Positions 1-11,791 are shown, counted from the first letter of the stretch. The stretch: DNA of 64,000 nt from Ascoidea asiatica JCM 7603 (GCA_001600695.1 BCKQ01000005.1:155689-219688); one strand, 5' to 3'. Notes: generated from the letters alone by a model not told the origin. Made by a program: numbers and translations.

Positions 1-50
1 AATAATAATAGTAATCATAACAATAATAATAACAACACAGCAACTCAAAA

Positions 51-3000
51 ATGGCTTCCAATAGATCAGGCTTGGAATTTGATCTCAGTGATAAACTTCT
101 TAGCAGATCCGGGACACTTTCAAAAAAAAATTCTTATATGAGAAAAAGATTAACATCTGCATCTTCTCCTGCTATTAATCGAGCAATGTCCTTATCAAAT
201 TTTCAATCTAGGAATTCAATTAACACATACTCTAATGGTAATCATCTAATTCAGTCTAATTATCCAAGCCAACCTAATTATCCAAATTATCCAACATATG
301 TCAACTACTCTAATTCATATGGCAATGATTCTAATCTCAATATCACTAATCAACCACTAATGCACCAGCCACTACCAGCAGCACCAGCAGTACCATCAGA
401 TCCAAAACTATCAGAACGAAAAGATCATTCTTTTCGCTCGTTGTCAAGAAATGATACTGTTGCTTCCACTGGTTTTCAAAGAAACAACTTCAACTATAAT
501 TATAATCAAAATAATTTCAAACAGTCTTCGACTACTCCTTTACCCAATTACTCAACAGTTAATAAAACACAAGCTATCAATCAATCGTTATCTGAAACTC
601 CACAACACAATAAAAGTGTTTACTCAAATATTGATAATTCGAATTCGAATTCGAATTCTTCATTAAATTCGTCTATTTCAAAGCAACGTATTCAACAACA
701 GCCATTTAATCAACTATATAACCCTAACTCAAATCCGCTATATCAACCTCAACATCAACAACCATACCTGCAGCAATATCAACAGCCATATCCTCAATAT
801 TTTCAACAACCAAACCAACAGCCTTATCACCAAGGCTTTCAACAGCCTTATCAACAACATTATCAACAATATTATCAGCATTCTTCTCAAAAACAGCATC
901 AAAATGTTCCTCCACGTAATCCTGGATCTTACATTCATGATTCTGATATTCCAACCCGTTCTAAATCAATGGTAGGCCCATCTGTAAATTATAATAATTT
1001 CCTTGTAAAACATCCAATGCCTCTACCTAAGGATTTAATTCCTCTAGTAAATAAGAACATCAACAATATCAACAATAATAATGAAATTCAAAATTTTGAA
1101 CATCATGATAATAATGATAATAATAGTGACAATGATAAAATTGATAATGATAATGAAAGCAATAATAATAAAATCAATGAAACCATAAATTTTGAGCAAA
1201 GTAATGCCAGTAGAAAGGTAAAAACTGATAAATTTAGGTCCGAAATACACAATGAGCTCAACGACCCTTCCACCTTATACCCTTCTCCACCTATTTCTGA
1301 AAGTTCTGTTTCTGATTTCCCTGCAAATCTTACTATTGTTCAAAAAAATAATATAAGTGCTGCAAACCTGGATAATAATACTATCCAGCTTCCAGAAAAT
1401 GATTTACAAGATAATTTAAATTCGTCATCCTCTAATATTGTTTCAAAATCTACAAACAATCCAATGAATCATCCATTAAAGAGATATAATTCAATTGAAT
1501 CCGATGCTACAATTAATACTATATCCGGTACTATTCAAAAAAACGAAAGAATTGACCAAATTGCAACTGATTCGGCAAATCTTCCCGAATTATCTTCAAA
1601 ATGTTCAGGAAATTTGAACCAAGTCTCTAAGTCTAAAAGCGGTTGTCCTGAATTTATCCAAAGGAACGAAAACCTGGTATCTTTACAGGGAAATTCTGGG
1701 GCAAATAATGCTTTTCAAAATCCAACAGGTGCACCCATATATAATTCATCATCTAACTTTCAATACTCTTATCAACCTTCGTGTATCAATACACTCTCAA
1801 ATGCACTCCAATATGAACAAAATTCAAATTTTCTCAATCAAGATTATCTGAAATTAAATCATAATATTGATCCGAATCCACGAAATAATCATATTTATAA
1901 TCAATTCTATTCTTATCAAAATTTTTCTCAAACTCAACCTATAAACTCATATCAATCATTTCCTGCACCTCATTCCAAAAATGATCGATCTTTTGATTAT
2001 AATCCTCATTATCATCATCCACAATTACAAAATCCATACAACAGTACACAATTTCGGAGTAATCAAGTTGCTAGTGATCATGTAAATAAATTGGCCCCTT
2101 ACTTAGATAATAATAGACCTGCTAGATCTTCTTCTGAATCAGGTGGGAATCAAATCAAAAGTAAATGCTTTACTAATATACAAGCAGGGTCTTCAGTTAT
2201 TGTAGAAAATTCTAATGAGAACCATTTGAAGAAAAGTAAAGATTCTATCTTGAAAAATGAAGTATCACATGGTAAAAATAAACATAGAAAAAAATATAAA
2301 GAACGATTCTATTTTCCAAATGGGGAAGAGTACATACCAAGGAAAGAACAAAAGAAAAAAATTGAAAAAGGCTCAAAGGCGGGAAAAATGGGAAATATAG
2401 ATGGTAAAGTAAAAGGAAAGTTTTATATTGATAGCGAGAGTGAAGCCAGTGAAGACGAACCTATCACCTTTCCTAAGGATGGAAAGGAAATTAGAGATGA
2501 AAAGAAAGAATATATTTACTTGGACGATTTCAGCGATGGTGATTTCAATGAGGCTGATAGTGATACAGATTACAATGAAAATTCTAGTTACTATAGTGAT
2601 GCGTTCCAAACTAGTAGTGATAATTCGAGCGAAAATCATGGAAACTTCAATTCTGCTGATGGGAAATTTCTTCGATCATATGATCGTAGAAAGAAAGCAT
2701 CTCAATCTTTATCAACTTCAACAACTTTTAGTAAACAGCGTTCATCATCATCTACGTCTTCATCAAATTCAAAAGAAAATGACAAATCAATCATTAATAG
2801 TTCTAAATCATTATCTATTTTACCAAATTTGTCTAATGACACTTCGATCTCACAGATATCTATTGAAGAGCCTTTGTCTTTAAAAAATTCTCAACTTTCA
2901 ACTCTTCAAGTGATTCATGAACCTGATTCCGAAGTAATAAGTGCAAATGAAACTTTAAACCTGAAAAAAGAGTTAGAAAGTATAGTTCAAGAAAAAGATT

Positions 3001-5300
3001 TAGCTGCTGTTAATATAAAAAATGATAAAACTAATCCAGAAATTGTAATTACGATCGATAGTAATAGTCAGAACATATCCAAAGTTTCCGCTAAAATTGG
3101 TAACAATACAGCTATTTCGACCAAAGAACTGTCATCAACATCAAAGGCAATATTTAAATTAAGTCAATTGAAGCCAGATCCCAACGAAACTTTGGAGAGT
3201 TACAATGAAAGAAAAATCAGCATGTTTAATGAAGAGTTAACAAGAGGTGACGACTCTCAAAAAAGCATTTTCAATACTGTTGGTTCTAGTAACATTTCTA
3301 ATCTTATAAAAAACATGAATGAGCTTTCTGAACAGGATCATACCGATAATAAAATGAAAACAAAAATGGGAGATAAGAAAAAGGCAATCTTTGGTATTCG
3401 AAAAGCAAAATCAGAAAATATTTCAGACTCTTTTTTGGCGAAACCTTCCAAGATTATGCCATCTCTTAATATAAAGAAAAAATTAAATCCAGGTTCAAAC
3501 TTCATTAGTTTAAAAACCCCATCAAACATCAACGAAGAAGAAAAATCAATAAATGACAATGGTTCATTGACTATTGGCCGAGATCTGATTGAATTCGTTT
3601 CAAGAACATACAGTTTTAATGATTACTCAAATGATTTGAGAATTACAAATGCTGAAGATTCTACCACTGCAAGTTTGAGCAATCGCAATATTATGCATAT
3701 TGATTTTCCAAACAATTGTAAAGAAAACGGTGAAAACCAAATTCAAAAATTGGCAGCTAAGAAAAGAAAATCATTGGATAAATTCTTCAATTCATTTGAT
3801 ACTGAAATTCATAATCTGAGAAAAGATGATCAGTTCCCTCAGAAAAAAGAAACTCTAGTTGTTAAATCTCTTGAAAAGGAAGTTTCTATAAACCCACAAA
3901 AGAGTAGTGATTCTTTGAATAGTGGGTTCAATGATTATCTAGATTTCATTGATTTTGGAGTAGGAATTAAAAGTAGTGGAGACTCAGAGAATGAAAACTC
4001 CTCTCAAAAACTGAAAAATTCATTATCAATGTCAGACATGCAAAATTTAAAATCACCTGTCAATGAGCTATTTTCTCCGGAATCAACTTCAACTTGCAGA
4101 CCAAGTTTAAGCACTTTAACACCGAAAACTGAAGAATTTAAAGACAAATTAAACACCCCTGAACAAGAAAGACGATTCAGTTTTGAATCTACCAAGGAAA
4201 TAATTGTTGAAAAACCTTTACTTGAAATTCAACATTCTAAACTACCCACCAAGAAAAAAGAGTCTAATAAATTTAAGTCTCTTTTTCATAAACTTTTCAA
4301 AACTGAAGACTCCAATATGACCCATGGGAGAGAACGTCTGAGAAGTTTACATCATAGTAAACTTCAACAGGGTTCCGTGTTACCCAAGCAGTTAAATTTA
4401 AAAAAGAGTTTCAGTCACGATCCTTCATCTAGGAGGGAACTTTACAATAATCAGCCCCCCCTTGGTTCATTTAAATCTACAGAAAATAAAGACAGTGATT
4501 CAAAAACTAATACTTCAAGAAAAAAATCTGTTTTCAGAAGGTCTCATTTCAAGAAGCTAACTCCAGATTTAACTTTGGAAAAAAATGAATCTGAAATGTA
4601 TCATAATTTTACAGAAAGCTCAAATCATTTCAGGCTTCCCTCAATCAATTTCAGCTCTGATCTGGATGTTATTGACTTAGGTTCACATTTTGATGCAACT
4701 AAAAGACAAAATAAAACTAACAATTTGAATGATTTTTCGGTTGGGGAAAAAAAATGGCTTTCAGATAAAATTTTATCCTCGACAGATAATGATAAAGGTT
4801 CAACTCCATTTCCTGATTTACTTAAACCAGACATGGGATCGAAACATCGTGAACTAATACGTTCTAAAAGTATAGAAAAAAAGAAATCAATGAAATTGAA
4901 CAATTCGAGAGAAGAGACTTATCCGAAGCTCAAGGAAGTGAGTGTTAATGACATCATCAAAAATCCAGCTAAGCAAAATTTGACCCCCAAGAAGGCCATT
5001 TTGAAGGAAAGCAATAATAATAATGTCACCTTGTCAACTCCCCTAGGGCAACTAAGTTATTTTTCTTCTTCTGAAAATTCAGTTAATTCTACAGAATCTA
5101 AAGTTTCTTTTTCTAATCGTATATTTGTGAATAAAACATATTCTTCTCGTGTTTATGATAGGCATTCAGAAAAAACTAATACATGTTCTAATCTCAGTCC
5201 TCAGGCCATTCAAGAAATCAGATTTGAGTTGAATGAATTTAAAAAAGGCATGCCAATTCATGAAAAAAGCAAGGCTAATACTCATTTTTTTCACTCATAG
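51..5300 (+). CDS. BNI4: Bni4-like PP1 (Glc7)-targeting scaffold protein; long low-complexity N/Q/S-rich body
   Basis: C-terminus KVSFSNRIFVNKTYSSRVYDR...LSPQAIQEIRFELNEFK..MPIH.KSK.NTHFF has an RVxF-type motif plus the conserved Bni4/phactr-like C-terminal block. Confidence 0.7.
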   Translation: MASNRSGLEFDLSDKLLSRSGTLSKKNSYMRKRLTSASSPAINRAMSLSNFQSRNSINTYSNGNHLIQSNYPSQPNYPNYPTYVNYSNSYGNDSNLNITNQPLMHQPLPAAPAVPSDPKLSERKDHSFRSLSRNDTVASTGFQRNNFNYNYNQNNFKQSSTTPLPNYSTVNKTQAINQSLSETPQHNKSVYSNIDNSNSNSNSSLNSSISKQRIQQQPFNQLYNPNSNPLYQPQHQQPYLQQYQQPYPQYFQQPNQQPYHQGFQQPYQQHYQQYYQHSSQKQHQNVPPRNPGSYIHDSDIPTRSKSMVGPSVNYNNFLVKHPMPLPKDLIPLVNKNINNINNNNEIQNFEHHDNNDNNSDNDKIDNDNESNNNKINETINFEQSNASRKVKTDKFRSEIHNELNDPSTLYPSPPISESSVSDFPANLTIVQKNNISAANLDNNTIQLPENDLQDNLNSSSSNIVSKSTNNPMNHPLKRYNSIESDATINTISGTIQKNERIDQIATDSANLPELSSKCSGNLNQVSKSKSGCPEFIQRNENLVSLQGNSGANNAFQNPTGAPIYNSSSNFQYSYQPSCINTLSNALQYEQNSNFLNQDYLKLNHNIDPNPRNNHIYNQFYSYQNFSQTQPINSYQSFPAPHSKNDRSFDYNPHYHHPQLQNPYNSTQFRSNQVASDHVNKLAPYLDNNRPARSSSESGGNQIKSKCFTNIQAGSSVIVENSNENHLKKSKDSILKNEVSHGKNKHRKKYKERFYFPNGEEYIPRKEQKKKIEKGSKAGKMGNIDGKVKGKFYIDSESEASEDEPITFPKDGKEIRDEKKEYIYLDDFSDGDFNEADSDTDYNENSSYYSDAFQTSSDNSSENHGNFNSADGKFLRSYDRRKKASQSLSTSTTFSKQRSSSSTSSSNSKENDKSIINSSKSLSILPNLSNDTSISQISIEEPLSLKNSQLSTLQVIHEPDSEVISANETLNLKKELESIVQEKDLAAVNIKNDKTNPEIVITIDSNSQNISKVSAKIGNNTAISTKELSSTSKAIFKLSQLKPDPNETLESYNERKISMFNEELTRGDDSQKSIFNTVGSSNISNLIKNMNELSEQDHTDNKMKTKMGDKKKAIFGIRKAKSENISDSFLAKPSKIMPSLNIKKKLNPGSNFISLKTPSNINEEEKSINDNGSLTIGRDLIEFVSRTYSFNDYSNDLRITNAEDSTTASLSNRNIMHIDFPNNCKENGENQIQKLAAKKRKSLDKFFNSFDTEIHNLRKDDQFPQKKETLVVKSLEKEVSINPQKSSDSLNSGFNDYLDFIDFGVGIKSSGDSENENSSQKLKNSLSMSDMQNLKSPVNELFSPESTSTCRPSLSTLTPKTEEFKDKLNTPEQERRFSFESTKEIIVEKPLLEIQHSKLPTKKKESNKFKSLFHKLFKTEDSNMTHGRERLRSLHHSKLQQGSVLPKQLNLKKSFSHDPSSRRELYNNQPPLGSFKSTENKDSDSKTNTSRKKSVFRRSHFKKLTPDLTLEKNESEMYHNFTESSNHFRLPSINFSSDLDVIDLGSHFDATKRQNKTNNLNDFSVGEKKWLSDKILSSTDNDKGSTPFPDLLKPDMGSKHRELIRSKSIEKKKSMKLNNSREETYPKLKEVSVNDIIKNPAKQNLTPKKAILKESNNNNVTLSTPLGQLSYFSSSENSVNSTESKVSFSNRIFVNKTYSSRVYDRHSEKTNTCSNLSPQAIQEIRFELNEFKKGMPIHEKSKANTHFFHS

Positions 5301-5745
5301 TTATTCAATCATTTTAAATATTTTTTATTATCCATTTCAATTCATTCAATTTTTGTTTTAGACTTGTTGTTTTTATCCTAGAATGTCTTGTATAAAGTCA
5401 ATTTTTTTTTTGCTTCTAATAATCGTGGAGCTTTCAATTGACGATAGGTTCATCGTCCTTTAATTTTTTATTTTTTGGGTTGTGATTTGTTACAGAATAA
5501 TGGAAAGTTATTAGCTAAAAAAGGATTTACTTATTTCAAATTTGTGTGGGATACTAGAAATATATGCTATGGATAAATGTCTTGTGCTTGTATTTTGCTA
5601 ATTTTCTTTTTTTTTACTTTTTTATATATGGTGCTAGAGAACTTCTACTACTTGCAAAAATATTTGTATTCTATTTCATGTATTATTTTTTCATATTTAT
5701 TTAACAGAATATAAAAAAATATCATCAGTCTTTATAAAAACTTTT

Positions 5746-6237
5746 CTAACTTCCGCGATAAGTGGTATAACTGTAATTTGAAAGTAATAAAGGAACATGA
5801 TAATGCTGTTCAGGGATATGCTTTATTATAAAATGAATATCAACAAAAGGAAAAAATGTGCTATCAGATGTTTTTGTACTTTTTAGTGAAGAGATATAAT
5901 TACCAGTATGAAAACGAACTTTATATACACCGGATTTTAATCTATCCCAAGCCAATTCATTTGTTTCTAACTTTTTTATACCAATCGATTGATAAAGCGC
6001 GTCACTTTGGTTAGGTTTTAAAATCCAGCTTACAACTCGACCATCATTATCAGTTTTAGCTAACCCAAAAGGGAATATATTAGCTTCAGAAGAATCACTC
6101 AAATCAAAATCTGTAATGCTAGCGGGAGGAGTATAATCACAATTATCACTTAATTTATAAATTGCACACAAAACATTTTTTGCAGGTACCCCAGCAATTG
6201 CATCTAAAATATGGCATGTAACCGGTGATCGTTTCAT
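5746..6237 (-). CDS. 5-hydroxyisourate hydrolase (transthyretin-like protein)
   Basis: TCHILD, T..DGR, FFPFVDI.F and the HYHVPLLLSNYSYTTYRGS C-terminal signature. Confidence 0.95.
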   Translation of the reverse strand: MKRSPVTCHILDAIAGVPAKNVLCAIYKLSDNCDYTPPASITDFDLSDSSEANIFPFGLAKTDNDGRVVSWILKPNQSDALYQSIGIKKLETNELAWDRLKSGVYKVRFHTGNYISSLKSTKTSDSTFFPFVDIHFIIKHIPEQHYHVPLLLSNYSYTTYRGS

Positions 6238-6631
6238 TGCAATGAAATAAAAAATGGTTGCTGAATGTGAAAAATAAACTGGTTTTAAAAACTTACAATA
6301 AGTTTCTTCAATGAATTAATCTTCAATGAGGTATGCTTCAAACTTGAATATAATGCATACCTCTTAAATTAAGATGTGTAATAGTTTTTAAAATTATTTT
6401 GTTAGTTAATTTTCCTGACACATTGAAGCCCTCTTATAAGGGCTTTAAGCCAAGTGTATTTAACATTACATAAAGTAAATTTTTCTTATTATTGAATGTT
6501 AAACCAAATATTTTACCGTTAATTGATTCATTGCTGAATTTACTGATTGAAATAAAATTAAATTGAATATTTTAGCTATTCCAGACCTATTTTTGTTTAA
6601 TCGGAATCATATTTGATTATTGAAAAATTAA

Positions 6632-6920
6632 ATGCCTAGGGCAATAATTGGTATGACTACTTTCTTTATAAGTATATTTATTCCAAATTATTAAATCAAA
6701 GCAATCTACTAACCACACATGAGAAGGTACTTTGGTTCAATGCGATCCATCAATAACAGCAATTATCCTTCAAATGAATGATGAAAATGGCGGGTCAATT
6801 GTCACTGAGAAATTAGATGATACTCACTTAGTTATCAATCAAGACAAGGTTGCCTTTGTTAAAATTCGTTTAAATGAAATGCTAGCAAAAAATTCTTATG
6901 ATGAGGATGAAGTTCAATAA
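6632..6920 (+). CDS. TFB5: TFIIH subunit Tfb5/TTDA; exons 6632-6650 and 6727-6920
   Basis: Spliced product MPRAIIGTLVQCDPSITAIILQMN...LDDTHLVI; donor GTATGA 6651, branch TACTAAC 6707-6713, acceptor AAG 6724-6726. Confidence 0.92.
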
Positions 6921-7003
6921 AGTAAACTTTCAAAGTTTTTATTGTGCTAAGAAAGGTAACAATAAAAAAATATATTTAATAAGAATTTTACACTAAAAAA
7001 CAT

Positions 7004-9550
7004 TTATTCACTCACAGAGTATAAAGAGTCTCCGTCAGTATTAACCATTTCTATATGCTCGTTTTCAAAAACATTATTCATGATCTCTGTAATATATGTT
7101 ATCAATGAATCCACCTCCAATATGTTTTGTAAAACTTGTTCTCTATTGCTAATCTTCAATTCCATTACTCTATTAACCAAGCTATCATGATATTTCTCGT
7201 AAATTTGGACTGTCAACTCTTGTATACCGTCAATTAAAAAGCTTATTACTTGAGGATCATTAATATAAATTTCTAGCAATTCTTTTAGTCTTGAAAATTC
7301 ATTTCTTAAATTTTCTTTTAATTTATTAGAGTTTTTTTTAATATTTGATTCCTTAATATCCTTATCGATACTTTCTAAATCGATAGCACCAGCCAAAATC
7401 CCTGAAACGATATCATTAGTAAAACTATGAACTACATTTCTTAATTCACTTTGTAACTCAAGTTTTGCATCAAACATATTATTAATTAATTTTGGGACAG
7501 AATCTTTTACCATATTAACAAAACCATTATTCATGATTTCAAACTGTCCACTTTTAATTTTGTTAAATATAGAGTTTATTCCCGAAAAATCAAGTGATTG
7601 TTCGGTATGAATATATTGGATATCAAAGTTTTCTATTTGACTTTTTAGAATTAATAAATTTTCCATTAAATATAATTTAGAGTTCAATTTTCCAATATAT
7701 GTTTCTGCCAATTGATGAGCTTCTTTTAGAGAATCTAAACACGCGTGAACAACTGTATGGGCAAGATTGTCAAACACAAATGAATTAACCAATTGATAAA
7801 TCTCCGACAAAATAGCTATAGTACTAGATAATGGTGGGTATAAACCTTCATAAAGTTTCCCATTATCTCCAATTTGACTTAAATAAGAGGTTTCATCTTG
7901 GTTATCTCGGATTGGATCTTCAGTAGATGATAACTTATTATTAGCAATATTCATATCATTTAGAGATGGTTTATATCTCACAATTTTTTCTTCGATGTAC
8001 ACCTGAATCCTGAAAATCAATCTTGTTTGTGCATCTTGCATTATTGGTTGAAAAATTGAACCAAAATTTATTAAAAATTCACTATACTCCAAATTTTCAT
8101 CATTTGAGTAATGAAAAAGGTTTCCTTGATTATTTGAATAGTTTACTTCCTCATCATCATTTTCATTATCAAAGTATTTTTGCAATAAAATAATTAAATC
8201 ACAAAGCTTTTTAATTTTTGTTTCTTTCAAAATTTTATTTCTCAAAGCATCATACAAAGGATCACAAAGGCTTTGGAACCATTGAAACAATTCGTTATTG
8301 TTGAATATAGTTTTTTCATTAATCCCCAATTCTTCGTTTCTCAACGAATATCCAAAGAAGAAAACGAAAAGGTCATACTCCTGATTTATTAAATGAATAT
8401 AAAACGATAAACTAGCCTGCGAAAGCCTTAATAAATCCTTTTTTTGTAAAATCAAATCACTTAAGTTTTCAAGAATCATAGGTGATATTAACTTTTCCCT
8501 AACATTAAAATATTGGTTGTAACAATCGTTTAATAAGCCATTATATTCAGGATGATGTTCAATACGATTTATAATTTCACTTGATAAGTCGTTAATCAAA
8601 TCTGAATTTGATTGGAATTTAGAGTACAATAGGGCATCTCTAGTAACAATATCAACATTCAGGAGTTTGGATAATTGACTATAGATATCATTGAATTTTT
8701 GCTTTAAAAAGTTTATAATATAGTTTCTTATTAATGTCAATGCTTTGGTCATACCGCTTCTAAATCTAATTTGGAAAGAATCAATATCTTTGAAGTCTGC
8801 ATGTTGATCTACAAAATTTAGTGATTCATCTAATTGCATTAAGCAATTCTTGAATTTTTCTTTACGAACCAAAGAAGAGCCAGGAGTGTTTATTACTTTA
8901 GTAATTGAATTTAAGTTATGAACCAAAATCCTTAAATTATTATTCAAATGATCCAAATAATTATTCAAAATTTGTTGCTGGTTAATCAATTGGTCAGATC
9001 TCTTTGTAAAATCAATTGTTTCATTTATTATTGAATTATAATCATTGTTTAAATTGTTGATTGATTTCAAAATATCTGTAGTTCTATCTAAATATTTTTG
9101 ATTATTTTTGTACTTGATACTTAATAAATTTTGAAAATTAATGAAATTTGAATTTTCAGAAATAAATAACAGGTTTTCAGATTCCTTTGAAATTAGGAAA
9201 CTATAATCAAATACTTTTTTGTAAGTATGCCATATAAGTTCCTTTTCTTTGATTGTTAAGGGATCGAGTAGTTTAAATCCAATTTCATTCGAAGGTTCAA
9301 ATTCATGTGATAAATCAGATATACTAGATGATGATTTTATCTTGGAAAGTCTTTTGTTTCTAAGGCATGAACTTAGACCAACATTTTTAGCATTGAAATC
9401 CAAGTCACTAAAATTTAGTTCGTCTGAATCTATTTCCCTTCTTGAATTAAGATTAGCAAACTTAGAAGAATTAAAATGACTTTTCGAATCTGGTACATTT
9501 AAAGCTATTGCTTGAACAATGGATTTTCTCCTAGGTCTTGTTTTGCTCAT
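7004..9550 (-). CDS. COG3: Conserved oligomeric Golgi complex subunit 3 (Sec34)
   Basis: LDESLNFVDQHADFKD, YQLV/FDNLAH, QDAQTRLIFR, LYPPL motifs; first ATG at 9550 (the ORF track starts at a TTG). Confidence 0.9.
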   Translation of the reverse strand: MSKTRPRRKSIVQAIALNVPDSKSHFNSSKFANLNSRREIDSDELNFSDLDFNAKNVGLSSCLRNKRLSKIKSSSSISDLSHEFEPSNEIGFKLLDPLTIKEKELIWHTYKKVFDYSFLISKESENLLFISENSNFINFQNLLSIKYKNNQKYLDRTTDILKSINNLNNDYNSIINETIDFTKRSDQLINQQQILNNYLDHLNNNLRILVHNLNSITKVINTPGSSLVRKEKFKNCLMQLDESLNFVDQHADFKDIDSFQIRFRSGMTKALTLIRNYIINFLKQKFNDIYSQLSKLLNVDIVTRDALLYSKFQSNSDLINDLSSEIINRIEHHPEYNGLLNDCYNQYFNVREKLISPMILENLSDLILQKKDLLRLSQASLSFYIHLINQEYDLFVFFFGYSLRNEELGINEKTIFNNNELFQWFQSLCDPLYDALRNKILKETKIKKLCDLIILLQKYFDNENDDEEVNYSNNQGNLFHYSNDENLEYSEFLINFGSIFQPIMQDAQTRLIFRIQVYIEEKIVRYKPSLNDMNIANNKLSSTEDPIRDNQDETSYLSQIGDNGKLYEGLYPPLSSTIAILSEIYQLVNSFVFDNLAHTVVHACLDSLKEAHQLAETYIGKLNSKLYLMENLLILKSQIENFDIQYIHTEQSLDFSGINSIFNKIKSGQFEIMNNGFVNMVKDSVPKLINNMFDAKLELQSELRNVVHSFTNDIVSGILAGAIDLESIDKDIKESNIKKNSNKLKENLRNEFSRLKELLEIYINDPQVISFLIDGIQELTVQIYEKYHDSLVNRVMELKISNREQVLQNILEVDSLITYITEIMNNVFENEHIEMVNTDGDSLYSVSE

Positions 9551-10303
9551 TCTGGAAGAAAAAAGTAATCTCAATGAATTTCCAAGAACTGATTATAAAT
9601 TGGATTTTTACAGCTGAAATTGTTAAAATATAATTTTCTTATATTTTGAAATATAATTGTACGAATTAGAACCTATAGACTTTCAATTTCTTAAAGACAC
9701 TTTTATTTTTTACTTCAATTATTTCGCCATTCTATGTTAAACCATCAACATGTAAATTAGTAAATTTTCTGAATGTCTCAAATTATCAATTTACCTTTAC
9801 TGTATTCTGTTCGAGATATTTCAGGTGACTTTCTCAATTCGTAGAACCACAGCTCGAAATTCTAAACACCACCTCAAAACCTTACATTTTTCTTAGTAGA
9901 CGCCGTTTCTAGAATTGGAACATAAAGTTTATTATAATTAAAATAATAATTCTAAACATTATTTACTTATTTAAAAATGGGACTATAATAGTAAAGTCAT
10001 CTGATTGAGCTTATTAATAGAGTCCCGGGACACGCTTTTTCCGCAATAGTGGCTCCCAATTCAGGAAAACTATACGAACTCTGGCTTCAAAGTTACTAAT
10101 TAGTGAATAAATGAAAATGTAAATAAGTATTACTTCTGTTTAGATCGAAAATAAATAATTATACACTTTTACTAAAAAACAGGCTCACCTCAATATTCAA
10201 ATTGTCTTCATATCTTTTTTAAAAAGGATCATTATCATCTGTTAAAAGCCAATTTTAAATCTTTTTTTTGCTTTGGTTTTTTAATCTCAAAATTATTTTT
10301 CAT

Positions 10304-11791
10304 ATGGATGCAATTTCTTTTAAATCATTTCCTTCTTTATCTGAAGAACAAGAAAACAATTTAGTCCAGAATCTTTTGCATTGGTCTCTTGGTCATGGCC
10401 TAACTATTTATCCTCTTAATTTTAAAAGATTTGAACCTATTAATGCCCCTGTAACTTTGTTTCCTTCTCCTTTTCCTAGAAGTTGTTTTGAAAATGCTTT
10501 AAAAGTTCAACCTATCTTTAATAATTTGTATTCCGCTATCTCTTCTAAAATCAATGAACCTTGGCTTTTTAAAATAATTAGTGAATTATCTGAGTTTGAT
10601 AAAGATTTTACAGGAAATTTATGGAAATGTTATTTAAAGGCTAAAAAAAAAGGTATTGTGCAGCCAATTTCTTTAGGATTGTTTCGATCAGATTATATGC
10701 TTGACAAACTAGATAAATTTGATCAATTCCAAATAAAGCAAATAGAGTTTAATACAGTTTCAGTCTCATTCGGTGCACTTTCTTCCAAAGTTGGAAAATT
10801 GCATGAATATTTGAATTCCGCTGGAGAATATGAGAAACAAAATTTTTACTCGAATGAAGAATTGGAAGCTTCTAAGTCAATTGATTTAATTCCGGATGGA
10901 CTTGCAGCTGCCGACGAGTGTTATAGAAAAGTTGAAAATTATTCGATTGATCAAAATACTGTTGTTCTTTTCATAGTTCAGCAAAATGAGAGAAATGTTT
11001 TTGACCAACGTCATTTGGAATATTCGTTATTGAAAAATCATGGAATAAGGTCTTACAGACTTCAAATGAGTGAAATTCCTTTTAAGACAAGGACCGATTC
11101 TTTATCCCAAAAGATTTATCTAACTTCGACAAATGATGAAATTTCAGTTATTTATTATAGAGCAGGTTATGCTCCAGGGGATTTCAAATCTCAAGTGGAA
11201 TGGGATGCTCGAATGAATTTAGAAACAACAAAAGCGATAAAATGTCCTTCTTTATTAACTCAGTTATCTGGGGCTAAAAAAATTCAACAGCTTCTCACCG
11301 ATAAGGAAATATTAAAAGATATTTTACCTTCTAGGAATGAAAATGATATCAATGAACTTCTTAAAACATTTGTAAATATTTACCCTATGGATAAGACCCC
11401 CGAAGGAGAAATAGGTAGAAGACTTGCAAAAGAGCATCCCGAAAAATTTGTTTTAAAACCTCAAAGAGAAGGTGGAGGTAATAACATTTACAAGAGTCAT
11501 ATTCCTGCTTTCCTAGAAAGTTTAAATGAAAACGAATGGGGAAGTTATATATTAATGGAGTTAATTAAGCCTCCCCTTCATAGAAATAAAATCATAAGAG
11601 AAGATAAGATATTTACCGAGCCCATTGTCAGCGAATTAGGTATTTATGGTTCAATTTTATGGAACTACGAAACAGGGAAAGTTTTAGAAAACAATGTTGC
11701 GGGACATTTATTGAGATCAAAATTCAATTCTAGTGATGAAGGTGGTGTTGCAGCAGGATTTGGGTGTATTGATAGTTTATATTTATATTAA
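10304..11791 (+). CDS. GSH2: Glutathione synthetase
   Basis: GLFRSDYM, KQIEFNTVSVSFG, VLKPQREGGGNN, EGGVAAGFG; first ATG at 10304. Confidence 0.97.
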   Translation: MDAISFKSFPSLSEEQENNLVQNLLHWSLGHGLTIYPLNFKRFEPINAPVTLFPSPFPRSCFENALKVQPIFNNLYSAISSKINEPWLFKIISELSEFDKDFTGNLWKCYLKAKKKGIVQPISLGLFRSDYMLDKLDKFDQFQIKQIEFNTVSVSFGALSSKVGKLHEYLNSAGEYEKQNFYSNEELEASKSIDLIPDGLAAADECYRKVENYSIDQNTVVLFIVQQNERNVFDQRHLEYSLLKNHGIRSYRLQMSEIPFKTRTDSLSQKIYLTSTNDEISVIYYRAGYAPGDFKSQVEWDARMNLETTKAIKCPSLLTQLSGAKKIQQLLTDKEILKDILPSRNENDINELLKTFVNIYPMDKTPEGEIGRRLAKEHPEKFVLKPQREGGGNNIYKSHIPAFLESLNENEWGSYILMELIKPPLHRNKIIREDKIFTEPIVSELGIYGSILWNYETGKVLENNVAGHLLRSKFNSSDEGGVAAGFGCIDSLYLY

